The notes under the pieces: model-generated
Told to the model about the DNA's origin: nothing
Database searches by the model: none
The model's input: the letters and a program-made list of their open reading frames with translations, nothing else
Part shown: piece by piece, positions 1-13,155 of the stretch
How the letters are laid out: each line of letters opens with the position of its first letter
Position numbering within the stretch: position 1 is the first letter of the stretch
Position numbers and translations under genes: made by a program
Source: Phoronis australis
Taxonomy: Eukaryota > Animalia > Phoronida
Direction of reading: 5' to 3'
DNA: 64,000 bases
Assembly: GCA_002633005.1 (NCBI GenBank)
Contig: NMRA01000273.1
Span: 501,582 to 565,581 of the forward strand

Positions 1-1282
1 ATAGATATAACCCAGTAAAAGTATACATTTTCTGAAAGTAGAAAGCTCGTAAAATTATCTTTTTAATTTTTTCCAATATACCATACAATGGGTCACGTGA
101 CCATGTCTTTTTAGTATAGCAAAAAAGAAAGATGCGTTCACAGCAAACACGACCTTTTACATAAAGATAAAAAAATAGTTCAAGTTTTCTAAATCATTCT
201 GTTTCCGTTTTACATGCAACTTCTAATTTCTTCCATCAAAATCATTTTAAGTCCTGTTTTTTATAAACTCTTATGAAAAAATGAAATGCTTAAAACAATT
301 CCTAACAGCCATTTCTAAAATAATTCATCAAGTCGCATCACCATTTAGTAGGAGACCAATTTTATCAGCATAATTGTCTCACTTCATTTTTCTTTTTTTA
401 CTGCTAAATACTGAGGAAATCTTCATGTGGGAACCGTCATTAGTCATTTATGACCAGAATATCTTATTAGGCACCAGCCTTCAAGAATAGGTCTTACATA
501 ACAAACGGTCTCCATACATTCACAGCCTGTTAAGGCCTTTTCATACTGACTTAACCCTGCCCAAGCGGAGTGTCGACATAAACTCCGAAGTTATCGAAAC
601 CGTTCATACCGGCTTCGGTAGTTACAAACATCGAAATAAACGGTAGATAACGCTGTTGTTATCGAAGTAATCACAAGGTAGCACTGCACACTAAGATTTT
701 TTTAATGTGACAGTTTGGGAACATTTACAAGTGCTAATTGACACAAAACTTATTTTTAATTCCATTGGTGATTATTCGAACAAAATATAAACAACTATTA
801 GCGACAACACTACCCTTAATAACATCACCATAATAGTAATTTGACTTTGAGTCATCAAAATATAGTCATGTGTCATTGTTCATGGATGCCCTAAGAAACA
901 GGAAAACCAATAGCGGAGTTGCAACCGAATCGATTTAACGATTGCGCATGTCCGGAAATTAGGGTGCGCAAAGGCTACTGGGATTGTTGATGGTAAACGG
1001 GATGACCGACTGGTTTGCACGACGTGTAATTTGAGTGCATTAAACTATGCTGCTGTATGTAATTCTGCCGCTATTCGCCCTAATTAGCGCCCATGGCTCA
1101 ATAAGTGCCCCAACGCGTTTTCAGACTTTGCTAAAGTAAGCGCCCAGCCCATGAACTACATGCGAAAAATGCCCTTACCTACAGTTCTAACGTCTCCAAT
1201 TTATCAATTGAAAGATCCGACAGCCTGAATTTGTAACGGACCACGAGCCTCACCGTTATGTCCGTATACACTTCAAACTTAC

Positions 1283-1468
1283 GCCGCGATTCAAAAAGAA
1301 CGCAGAAGTTTTGCTGCTCTTGCGAGGGATGTGCCCCACTACGCGGGTCTGGACTTTGAAAACAGACACAGCGTACTTGTCAAAGAGCGGGATTGCATTG
1401 TTTCTTTCCAGTACAGATCTTCTCCGGCCTCAAACTTCTTTGTGCATGTGAAAACCGTGAATCGAAGA
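1283..1468 (-). pseudogene. Degenerate HIRAN-like domain fragment inside the transposon
   Basis: Manual translation with one stop and frameshifts: SSIHGFHMHKEV*..GEDLYWKE..FDKYAVSVFKVQTRVVGHIPRKSSKTSAFFLNRG. This fits the D-x-x-A-V...V-G-H-I-P-R HIRAN pattern. Confidence 0.6.
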
Positions 1469-2517
1469 CTAAAAAAAAAAACTCGACCAGTGTTAGCACG
1501 CGACCAAGAAGCGCGCGCTGCATAATGTACCGACTGTCATCGAAGATTAATCGGGTAACATAGCATCGGCAAATAAATATTGGCACTAATTTCCGAAAGT
1601 TTCCAATACCGTAAAAAGCTTCTGCATTATTTTTAAGAGAAATTATTTAACTAATCATAATTGGTGTTTTTAAGGTCAAAATGACCCACTTCGCACCCTT
1701 ACACCCCAAATCTTCCGGGAAATAGCTGTTACACTACGGTCACGCATCCACTCACCCGGCGACTCAATGAGTGACATGTCGGTCTTACCGAAAAAATTCT
1801 CGAACGTTTTTAGCAGATGAGGCCAGCAAGTGCTAAGCCGTAAATATTAAAACACGCACTGCTTGACTTTTTTTTTTTTTTTGGATACAATGCACACCTA
1901 GATCATTACATTACTCTGGCAAATGAACTCTGACAAGCACACGCACGCTTACTCTCACACACACGCATACAAACTTCAAAACAAACGTCACGTGACAACA
2001 ACATGTGTTCCCACAGAGATTTTTCTCGGGTTGCGTGCTACAATCTAGCGTAGATTTGGACTTAATCTGCAGTTAATCCAGACTTCACAAGAACTTAAAA
2101 ATCTTAGAGACGCTATTTGGAAAACTTGAGGAGGATTTCAGGTAATTTGTTGAGTCAAAGCTGTATTCTTATTTAAGAATTCAAGCCCTATCGACGATTG
2201 TGAGACCAGCAGCTACGCATTTGTCGGCAAGATTTCGCCCTGGAACTTCAACAAAATTTTATGAAAAATGATCGTAATTTAACAACGAATTTTGATAGCA
2301 ATGTACCACAATTTTGTAGAAAGTAAATAATAATAATCTGCACGCTTTATCTTAGCGCGTAATGCATATAGTGTGCATACGTTAAGTGAGTCGACCCAGA
2401 ACAGGTGATTGTGCAGAGGCATTATCCTCAAAATTGCTCATGTTGGCTTGGTTCTGGTCAAGCGAAAACAAGTTTTTTTTTCACTACCAACCGCCGTGGA
2501 GTATTTGTTACTGTTTC

Positions 2518-2764
2518 TTTGAAGGGAGATATTGTTGGGCAGTTTCTAAGATACGTTTTCTTGCCGCCCTCAAAATGAGCGCTGCACACTTTATGCTACG
2601 AAGTCGGAAAGAATTCACGAAGTCGGCCTTTGCTACCAGCTCTACCGATGTCTCTGACCCATGTTTAACGCAGTTCTTGATCCTTGGGAAACAGGTAGTA
2701 ACTAAATTTTTTATTTCGCTAACTGGTATTATAGTATGCCAGGCACACAACACGTATAACCTCC
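2518..2764 (-). pseudogene. Degenerate THAP zinc-finger (transposase N-terminus)
   Basis: Manual translation: GGYTCCVPG/YYNTS*RNKKFSYYLFPKDQELR*TWVRDIGRAGSKGRLREFFPTS*HKVCSAHFEGGKKTYLRNCPTISPF. THAP hallmarks CCVPG, FPKD, W, VCSxHF and PTI are present, with 3 stops and 1 frameshift. Confidence 0.8.
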
Positions 2765-5336
2765 CTGTGGCCGGTTCGCCCCCACGCTTGCCGACGTACT
2801 TGTTTACCGGCTTAACCACAATGCAACATTCTGACCCATTTCCAATATGGCGGCGTTGCAACTCCGCTATTATGGGTGCCCTATTTTCAAAATCCCAAAT
2901 GAACCCCTGGATGGGTGAAGACAGGTAAAAGCTAAAATTTCACAATTCACAACAGCTCTTTGTTGAGTTTCAGTCAAGTGTCATAACCACTGCACAATGA
3001 CTATGGTATGACAGGTTTGCAAAGACACTCATCAGTCAAAACTGCTCAATATTAGGACCTGTACAAATACTACTGCTGGTTTGCATCAACTCATCAGTCA
3101 AAACAGCACAATACCCCTACCACTCACAGAAACATCAAAGACATAAGTAGGGTGGGTACTAATGATTCCGTTGCGGTCAGTATGAAAGTCAGTATGAACA
3201 GCCCCAGTTAATTTCTCAGTAAACAGGTGAATTTAACAGCAGAGCGTCGACACTGCGGTGCAGTATGCATGGTCAACTTCGGTCTCAGTGAAGATATTGC
3301 CAGGGGCTACTGCTATCGTTAACAATTAAAGGGGAGTCTCGTAGCTATTAGTTACTTAAATTTTGCTCGACTAATTTACCAATCGAATTGGAAATAAGTT
3401 TTATATCAATTAACACACGTAAAAGTTCTCAAATTGTCACATTAGAAAAATCTTAGCGTGCACGGGATGCATCAGCGCTATCTTGCAATAACTTTGGTGA
3501 CGACAGCATCCCCTACAAATTACTTCAATGCAGTTAACTACCGAAGCTGGTATGAACGTTTCAATTAACCCCGCAGTTTACGTCGATGCTCCGCTCACAC
3601 CCGAGTTCAGTTGGTATGAAAGAGCCTTATAGCATTGTGTTAGGTGAACTGGGAAAATCCCAAGAAGCCACAGTGAGTATCACAGTCACACAACGATTTG
3701 CCCAAAATTCATTTCAAAGTTTGTGGTATTTTACAAACTTAAATTACTAACAGTAGTTCAAGATGTAATACCTTTGCTTCACACTGTTTCGTTTATTTTG
3801 TGAAATCAGTACATTTGGTACCCGCAGCAGTCAGCATACATCAAACACAGGAGAGACTGAATCGTGCATGCATAACGTAGGGCGGCATGAACGTTTTTAG
3901 TCAACGATTTTGACATCAGTCGTGACGACCTAAGATTTCATTTGGCCACCAGGTGTCAAGCTAAGTGAAGAGCACAGTAAAGCATTAAGTATTTACTTTG
4001 CATCCTCTATTCTACGTTAAGAATACAAGTTGACATAACTGCCTTTGCAGTTATTATTGTTTTCAACTATTTTTTGAAAACATAGAGAAAAGCTGCTCCT
4101 TCCAATAACAATATGAAGGCATGAATCTAATAGTGCTGCACCCCATGAAGTATAAACTCAACTAATTCTGAACTGAGATTTTTAAAGAACTAATCTACTG
4201 ACCACCAGGGCAATTTTGATATTTAACGAAGAATTTGAAAACGGCATATATTTGCTAGCGCTATTTGCTGGTACACATAGGTTACACTGTTGGCAATCCT
4301 TAGTAATTTTGGAAGGATCCTGCACAAGAAAGCAGGGCTAAAGCTTTAATAAAGCGAATAAACAAAGACAGCTTGTCCGATTTCAACCAATAACAAGAGG
4401 CTTCAAGCTGTTCAATCAACTCTGTCGCACATACGTAAATTTCAATTTGACTGAAACACAGTGATATGGACAAAATACAATAAAAATAAACATAAAGTAT
4501 GATGGACTACACAGAGATTTTATCAAGTGTCGATCCTGGGTACACATGAGCCAAGTGTTGTCTTCTATCACTTGTAAAATTTTAGTCTTTTCATCAATTT
4601 TCTCTTAGGTGAGACTATTTGAAAGTCTGGGAAAATGTTTTATAGTACTAAACAAGCTTTTGTAGTAATGGCACACGTTTAACTGATTATCTGCTACTTG
4701 AACGTCTTAAAAAAACAGCAAGGGAGTTACAAGAAATCTTAAAGATGACATTGTTCTTTTCAGTGGCAGTGGAGTTCATTGTCAGACACTGTGAAAATTT
4801 CCATTCAATTTCGATTCAACAAGATTACCATACTGTCACTATGCCATACTGACCAATCTCAGTCAAAACTGAACCAAAGCAAAAACTGCATAAAAATCAC
4901 CATTAAGCTGGATCTTAAAAAACGAGTGCCAAACTGTTTACACCGCGAGTCAAAAGAGAAGGGCCTGCAAGAAAATGGTAAGATCAGAATATGTAAGACG
5001 TCGAACTATGAGTTTGACATCGCTGACCGTTGACGAGAAGAGAGGTGTCCTCAAATGAGGTCAAACCAATCACTTTAATTGACACTACACTAATACACAA
5101 ACGGATATGAAATTTTAGATGGTCACCTATCGCAAAAGCATCACGCAAAACGAAAAGCTTTGCAACCCGAACAAAGAGCTTTTATTTTCGATGAATGCTC
5201 CATGATAGTCCCAAACTCGATATCGGAAATGCGCCATATTGTTTTGGTCGCAACGTGAGGATACTGAGGGTTCACGTTGCGATCAGAACTTTAAAGAAGT
5301 TGATTGACGAGTTTAAAAACATGAACATGTACTCAC

Positions 5337-5403
5337 CTACAACAAGCAGGCTTAAAATTGCGACTGCCCACGACAATCCGATATATAGGCTCGCGGGTGC
5401 CAT
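5337..5403 (-). CDS. Probable first coding exon (signal peptide) of a secreted/membrane protein; downstream exons not found in the window
   Basis: ATG..MAPASLYIGLSWAVAILSLLVV+G followed by a consensus donor GTGAGT (phase 1); hydrophobic core. Confidence 0.5.
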
Positions 5404-8400
5404 ATATCCAGATACATTAAAACACCCGTTGTAGTAAATCCATTTAGAAATCACTCACTCTCCAGTGCAATGTGCGCACGAATACACTAAGAACACCGCT
5501 TCGCGTCGTCAAGTAAGAATGTGTTAATGCGCTCGTTTTCTTTTAGCTGCCGTGGGCAAGATGCCCGGGGAAATGGTCTTGGAACGACTGATTCTGTTAG
5601 GTCTGAGCAGAGTTTTGCTCAACTCAAGCAAAAAAGTGAAGTGAGCGGTTTTTGACGAAATAAAAGCAGGTTTTCAATTACATGTCCCATGAACTGCCGT
5701 TACACGGAACCATGAAATATACCGGTAGGCCTACACAATTAAGAAGTTCTCTTCAAAGTTCTTCGCTCAATATTTTCAAATTCTTACAAATGAATTCAAA
5801 GAATAACATTGTGCATAACTTTCGTAGTGCCTGTCAGCGGGATAAAGTGTCAATGAATTGAGCTCAAAACGCTAGACGTTGGCCTACTGTATTTCGGGTC
5901 AGTAATCAAGTTCAACTCAGTCTAGTCTTTCAGTGCCCGTCTGCAAGTCTGCTTCCGAACCGGCGTCGGCGTAAAACGAGATTAGGGGTGATGAAAACAG
6001 TGAAATGTACATTAAAGAAACAATATTTCATCTAATCTTGCATTGCGTATGATTTTCTCACTGAAGCTAAAATGACACACAACTGCACTGTCATCACCGC
6101 TTGAAGAGGGCCAGGCCCGGCTTGGCGGGCGTCACGCATTCCCTCCCCCACCGGCAGCTGAGGTCCGTTCAACGACCCGCTCATCAGTGGTTCAGGTCCA
6201 CCTTGCCTCACCTAGGATGAGAAGAGCAAAGCTGGTACCACACGTTTGATTTCGCGCATGCCACCGTTGCAATCTTATAGCTAGCTACTTGGGTACTATG
6301 CGGTAGCAAAAATCCAACGTATTTCATGAAGCGTCAACTACCTTCCTTTTCAAAAACCACGTCACTGAAACACTGGTTGTTTATAGTGACAAATGGAGTA
6401 AAGTGAACCAGGCTGCATCTTTCCGCCGCAAGAAATTGTTCAAATCATTTTGGGCCTTGGTCTTGAAGCATATGGAGTTCTATAGGAAATATGTTTAATA
6501 CTGCTAAAAAGCAAACGTGTTAAATATAAGACAATTGTCTTCTCGTGAACATGAATACCCAATCAATTCAGACAGACATTGTTCGCTTTTCTGTCTTTAC
6601 CAATGTTACTTATCGTACTATACACTGACACGAAAATTGATCTAAGACCTTCTATTTAGCTCCTTATTTAAGAAATTAAAGAACTGAACGCATTCTATGC
6701 ATTTAAGCTTGTGTATTCAGGGAAAGAATCTTCAAATGAAAACTTGGTGTAAACCTTGTGAACTTTTATCTTCCTGTGAAAGAACACGGCATTAAGAAGA
6801 AAGGTAGTTAAGAAAGAGTCGCAAATGGATTGTTTAGAAACTGGTTTACCGTGGCTTTAGTTTTAAATGATAAGGGGCGTCTCATTCCCACGTGCAACCT
6901 AAACGTGGAAATCACGAAATCGGTTATTACAAACCTGTCTGACAAAGTTTTCCTTTCCTGTCAATAACACTCATGTTTTTACCAATAAAAGGAATGGAAG
7001 GTCCGCTTCCCGTTGGCTTGAAATTGGAGTTTTGAACGGGTTGGTCAACGCCGTCAGAGCGATCGGATTTTTGAAACACGGGCTGGTCCTCGCACCAAAC
7101 AGAATTAGAGGTTTGCTTGCGTCGGTTGAGGGAGAGAGGGGTGGTGGGAGAGGGCCGGGGTGGATGGAGGGGGAGTGGGGAGAGAGGGTAGGTGTGCAGG
7201 GAGAAGAGAGTGAAGAGAAGACAGCGTGAGAAATGCAATACCAGTATTTTTGGATTTTTTAAAACGGATTTGGCAAGAAGAAAATTGAGATTCAAAGTTT
7301 AGGTATGAGTCAAAATGACCACGTTGTTTCTTGTTCTCCAACAAAAATATTACAGGATTATTGTGGACTACTGTTTGAAATATATTAAAAATCATGTAAT
7401 AATTTATCAGTTGTGCTTTTGACACTTTTTTACTTTCTGTCGTCCTGGATGACAGAATTGGGAAATTATAACTTGAATAATTGCTTCATAATTCCCATTT
7501 TCATAGTGAATAAAACGGAAACTCCTTTTTATCTGGAACATTTGATTATCTATCTTAAACCATGGTTATTAAACTTTTATACACTTAACGTTGGCCGTCA
7601 AAGTTTCAGAGAACCAATGTTTATTTAGACCGCTCTCCGCTATAAAACTCGGCTCAGCTTGTTCCTTGATGAGGTGAAAAGTGATTTCTAGGCTTGGACG
7701 TGGCATTATTTGAAAGCATGCACAGCGCTTAAAATGCCCAGAGTGACAAGCCGACTTGTTGAGAGTGGTCTCAAACAATGACGAATTGTCAGTTCTTCTC
7801 AAGTCCAGACATGAAATCACCTCCAAACTGAGGATAGTTTCACATCTCCAAGACAATGCTCTAAACCAAAAATCAATGTTTTAACGGAAGGTGGGCTTAT
7901 TTATAGAAGATGTATAAAAATTGAAAGTTAAAGTTTTGAGGTTTAACTTTAATATTTCATACATTTTCTATATATAAAATATCCTGATATCGTTGTTATT
8001 ATTATGATACTAATACCACTGACTGAGACCATCCCTTTTAATAGAATTAAGCACAAAAGAAAGATACATTCATAACACTAAAGTGGCTTTGAAAACATGG
8101 ACAGAATTCTGTTTACATAAATCTTTAAAATGATATATCGAAAACAAACAATGTTTTTTCGCTTTTCAACACCAAACACAATGTAGGATGACTGCTGTTG
8201 TGATTGGTTGTCCCGATTCCACGTAGTATCGACCAATAAATGCCTGTAATTCGAGATCATGTAATTTACATATCGTCAGATAGTGCTTGTGGATGTTCTA
8301 ATTTGACGCCAATTCACAGCTGGTGGTGTTTCTAGCGTTTTTATATATAAATTTGGGGATTTTAAAAGCGCTTTAAGATAGCTATTTAGACAAAAGTGAA

Positions 8401-9559
8401 ATATTGTAAAAGCAATTCCTAGCATCATTTTGGAGAGCAATACTGAATCAGAGTATTTCAAAGTTTCATTCGAAACACCCCGTTTTTGTATGTATTCTGT
8501 TATCAAGTTAGCTGAATGTTGACAACTTTCTAGGATTACTGATATCCGAAGCCACGTTACATGACCCTGGAACCTGCATGGTGGAGTTCAATAACGCTAG
8601 GACCTCGTTAGAAAAGGAAGTCTTCGCGAGATTACCCGAAATATTTCCGTGTATTTTAATGATTTTAGCTAGATTTTCTAACCGCGAGACAGCTACTGAA
8701 CTCTACCCTGCGTAGCTTGAATCGGTTATTATGAGATTGGCTTTTCTTGACTAGTGTTTTTCTTAAAAGCTTGTTCTTTTACCGTTACACAAAAACTCCC
8801 TGATATTCATCAAATTGTAGTCAGTTTTCCACGGAATACATAAAAGTTTGAATTATATACATGTTCTCAGTTTCTTAGAAATTAAAAGCAAAATCAAAAG
8901 ATACAGAAGCTTTTTCGAGAGTAACATTGTCGTGGCTACTCATATATTCACGCAGTAATTAAGTAACACGATGACGAGTTGTTTTCGCCAGACTATTTGA
9001 AATCACCTCAAACAAGCGTAGTATAATAAAAAAACAGCTCTGTCCACATATACATTGAGTGAATTATCAAGTCACAACGATATCAACGGCTAAAAATGAA
9101 AATCAAATTAGGCTTTTTATTCTCGTAAAATCGGTCTCATAATATTAATTACAGTGAAAAGATTCTATTTCATTTACCAAAAAGCATCGAGCCTCAAGAA
9201 AATGCTTCACAGTTTATAGGAATTGGTCAACCCTAAAATTGCGAATTCAAAACTGGCGCATCAGCAATACAGATTGCTTGCGACTTGAGCAGGTAGGGCA
9301 AATAGAATACGATCCTTGTAAGGAATATTAATTTTGTCACGGACGCACAAACCGTGTCTCGAAATCTGATGTTGGTATAAACGTGATTTTGACAGTTTTT
9401 AAGTTTGGTTATCGTGGTTCACTTTTTTATTATAAAATGGCACAACCAAGAGGCTGCAAACCTATGCTACCTTCCAGGACAAAAGAAAAACGACTATTGA
9501 TTTAGACCATTTGCCGTTATGGAAGTGCAATCAAATTGTTCCGTGGTCAAATTAGACAT

Positions 9560-9745
9560 GATTTAAGAGTTTCGAAAGATCAGACATTTCATTATTGCTT
9601 AAGATCAGGCTCCACAAGTTGGCCTATCACGTCGTGTCATTTTATGTCAAAGATAGTCCCATAACGAACTGACACTTCTATGGAAACCCAGAAATCACTT
9701 CTCGTCTGACTAAGGAACAATTTGAGCCAAAGGCCTGATTAAAAA
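9560..9745 (+). repeat. Dispersed repeat fragment, related to 46190-46420
   Basis: Shared collinear blocks acaagttg, gtgtcattttatg, aaacccagaaatcacttct and taaggaacaa. Confidence 0.6.
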
Positions 9746-11199
9746 ATTCACTTCTGATGGACAGAATGCTGTTTTACAGCCGTTTGAACTGCAAATGAGT
9801 CTAATATTGACCCTAACTGACCGTATTTTATACGCTTATGGTCAGAAAAAGTATAAAAGCACCTAATATACAAATCTCAGTAAAGCACTATCAGTTCCAT
9901 GTCATCACGTTTATTTCTTTAATACATAAGGACAGTCGTCACCCTTAGAGATTTGCGAGGTCTGTCACAACTGGAAGCTAGAGTTCTCAATTGCCCTTGC
10001 GAATGTGCAACACCGGTAGTGATGTCAACCGTCCGTCACTTGTTTTCCTCATGGCCCTGAATCTCCCGTCTTCAGTGCACGTTGTATTTGAGTGCGGTGT
10101 ATTTGTGTGTATAAAATTAGTGGGAAGTGTCGAGAAAAGTGTTAGCAAGCGAGCTTGGAATTCTGTCTTCTGTACTAGCGATGTATCCACAGCCAAACCT
10201 TTCAATCTTACTGTCTGAATGAACAAGGTACAACGTTAAAATACTTAATGAGGCTTTAAAACCAGTCTTCAATCACAAAAATGATTTTGAACAAATACCG
10301 TAGTTCTTTATTTAAAATAGGTGTGGTTTCTGGGCTCGCAATGCACAGATAGTTCATCACTGGTTGAGACCAGGCCGCTCCTGCACAAGCATGTCACTGC
10401 GTATGCATACGTGTCCTCGGTTTCCGTATGCCCAGGTAAGCACGGTTTCGAGAAACTGAGCTGAATTCTCTGTAAGACCAAAAATAACTTCTCATCTAGG
10501 AAACATGTTGAGACCAATTTTCTAGCAGTACATAATTTAAATCCAAATTTAAATTCTTCGACGGAATGCGGATTTATTATTGTCGCCGCCATTATGCCGA
10601 TTTAGAGATCTTCCTGCGGATGTTAACCTTGGCTCGCACGCGTTATGCATGACGAAAGCAAACATTGGAAAGCTCGAAAAGGGCGTTTCCACGTGACAGC
10701 TGAGTTTGCATCCACCGTCAGTGTATTATTCATTTGTTAGTTGGGTAGCCTCGTTCCAGCCTCCAGCGTAGTAGAGTCGGCTTCGTGCAAACCGAGAACA
10801 CAGCCAAGTTCCTGACTGTAGTGACTTCTATGCTTGGAAAGTCACGTACGTGAACTGACTAATCCGACTATGTGTCGTGTCTGTGCTGCGAACTACCAGG
10901 GCTTGAGTTCTAGATGCTGCTACGAACCAACACCAGCGAGTAGACAGCCAGACTGAGATTGTAAATGTATTGGCCGTCACCAAGCGGACATCAACATGGA
11001 ATTTGAATTTCATAAAGTAGAAGGCAGCTAATCTGATGAGGGGAGATTCAAACTTGTTGTTAGTTGATCGATGTCACGTCTTTGACCAAAATGAGCCAGA
11101 ATAGATCGTATCCATCTAGGCTCTAAGTGCGCAATCCATCTAGTAGCCTAGTAGTTGTTCAGTACAGTGTAGACCATTTATGCCCATAAAAGAGTTAGT

Positions 11200-11850
11200 A
11201 GGTAAGTAAGTAAGTAAGCAAGTAAGTAAGTAAGCAAGTAAGAAAGTAAGCAAGTAAGCAAGTAAGAAAGTAAGAAAGTAAGCAAGCAAGNNNNNNNNNN
11301 NNNNNNNNNNNNNNNNNNNNNNNNNNNNNNNNNNNNNNNNNNNNNNNNNNNNNNNNNNNNNNNNNNNNNNNNNNNNNNNNNNNNNNNNNNNNNNNNNNNN
11401 NNNNNNNNNNNNNNNNNNNNNNNNNNNNNNNNNNNNNNNNNNNNNNNNNNNNNNNNNNNNNNNNNNNNNNNNNNNNNNNNNNNNNNNNNNNNNNNNNNNN
11501 NNNNNNNNNNNNNNNNNNNNNNNNNNNNNNNNNNNNNNNNNNNNNNNNNNNNNNNNNNNNNNNNNNNNNNNNNNNNNNNNNNNNNNNNNNNNNNNNNNNG
11601 TAAGTAAGTAAGTAAGTATGTGGGTAAGTAAGTAAGTAAGTAAGTAAGTATGTATGTAAGTAAGTAAGTAAGTATGTGGGTAAGTAAGTAAGTAAGTAAG
11701 TAAGTATCTAAGTAAGTAAGTAAGTAAGTAAGTATGTGGGTAAGTAAGTAAGTAAGTATGTCAGTAAGTAAGTAAGTATGAAAGTAAGTAAGTATGTAAG
11801 TAAGTAAGTAAGTATGTGGGTAAGTAAGTAAGTAAGTAAGTAATAAGTAA
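11200..11850 (+). repeat. (GTAA/GCAA)n microsatellite spanning an assembly gap
   Basis: Directly visible; N run 11291-11599. Confidence 0.95.
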
Positions 11851-13155
11851 ATAAAATGTTTATTTTACATCGGTATGGAACAGGTTAATTGCAAAACAGT
11901 ACCAAGTACTAGTGACCGATATAAAATGAGAAATTAATATGTACAAAAGAAGTAGAAGGGCTATGTACAGTATCAAGCATCAAAAGACCGTAATATTTGA
12001 CAGCGTAGGCAAAGTTGGCATTCACAAACTTGGCGTATATAGCGGCTTAACTCGTATATAAAGGTATTGAGATCTTGGTAACATCTTAGACATTCAGGTA
12101 ACTTGTTTCATAAAGATACACCCTGGTGGTAAATAGAATTAACCCACAGGATGTAGTGGCGAACCTTACAACACATAGAGTGTTTTCCCCCGTACCTCAT
12201 GGGGCAAAGCACTGGACGGGGGAAGTGTCTATCTGATTCATATGCTTGGCTTCAACGTTGTGGTTGACTGGGAGAGTTCGGATGGGCAACTACGGTGGCA
12301 CATCGTTCATTTGCTGGACATATGCGGCCGTCTGAGTCATAGGCGCATCTGGTGTTTGCTATATCAGGGATATATGCTAATCGCTTCTCCCGAATTTCAT
12401 GAGTCAAAATGCAGCGAAAAACCAACATCTCAATACAAACAATTACTCCAGAGTCAGGGAGACAAATGATAGAGATTTTCCCAAATTTAATTCTGTATCA
12501 AAATTGAACAAAACATCAATCTCTTGCAAGATTAGTTCATAATTGGTAAAACGTCATTGATGAATAATTTATGAATCAGAGGTTTTAGTCGATTTTTGTA
12601 AGCGCATACAAATGTAAGCAGGAAACAATGAATTATTGATAAGTTGAGGACATTTCATACACGGCAACTCAATGACAAACGGCCTTTTGAGCTTCTGCAC
12701 GCTAAGTTGTATTAATTTCTTTAAAATCTGCTCGCTACAGTAAGGAATCGTTCTGCAATTCTTGAAAATGCCTGGCCGTGAATTGGCCGGGGTATCCCTA
12801 GAGGGACGCCCCGAGTAATTTGAATAATTTTTAAATTCTGGGTATTAACGTGAATTTTCATATGCTCCAGCTGGTATCCTGTTGCGATTTTAGAGTTAAG
12901 CGTGTATTCTGATATAATTAACAAATCTCCAGGAAATTTTCAAGACGTCACGTGATGCCACCAACATGTGGTGTGTACGAAAACTGATAATTCTTACTGA
13001 TAGGAATCTTATAAGGGGGTCTAGTCTTAGTTTTGTTTTTTCGTACAGTTAAGCAGGAAAAGTGCAGTTTCAAATGTTCTTATCTCGCTTACTTAATATC
13101 TGCCAATAGACTAGTCCATTATTTAGTATACTTTTATAAAAATATACTCCGGACC

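Larger units (their letters stand above)
912..2868. mobile_element. TIR DNA transposon relic (ISL2EU/PHIS-like): 14-bp TIR AGCGGAGTTGCAAC, AT duplication in an AATT site
   Basis: AGCGGAGTTGCAAC at 912 and GTTGCAACTCCGCT ending 2868, flanked aat/att. The same ends bound a 279-bp copy at 23010-23288, whose empty site is AATT. Confidence 0.8.
534..3626. mobile_element. Non-autonomous TIR DNA transposon (PIF/Harbinger-like) with ~130-bp imperfect TIRs, interrupted by a nested element
   Basis: Left end ggccttttcatactgac...gttcataccggcttcggtagtta (534-~670) aligns with the reverse complement of ~3490-3626 (ggctctttcataccaac...gttcataccagcttcggtagtta). Flanks are TAA / TTA (TWA-type). The superfamily call is an inference. 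Confidence 0.6.

Noticed and set aside
2386-2928. 180-aa (+) and 117-aa (-) ORFs
   Set aside because: Antisense or off-frame readings over the decayed THAP sequence; no recognisable protein.
6927-7425. Overlapping P/L/G-rich ORFs
   Set aside because: Produced by a purine-rich low-complexity tract at ~7130-7230.
10321-10435. Exon-like segment (tag|...ccag|gtaag)
   Set aside because: No recognisable peptide or partner exons; cannot be supported.
11150-11290. Possible RTE-type LINE 3' end seeding the (GTAA)n tract
   Set aside because: No reverse-transcriptase sequence recognisable upstream.
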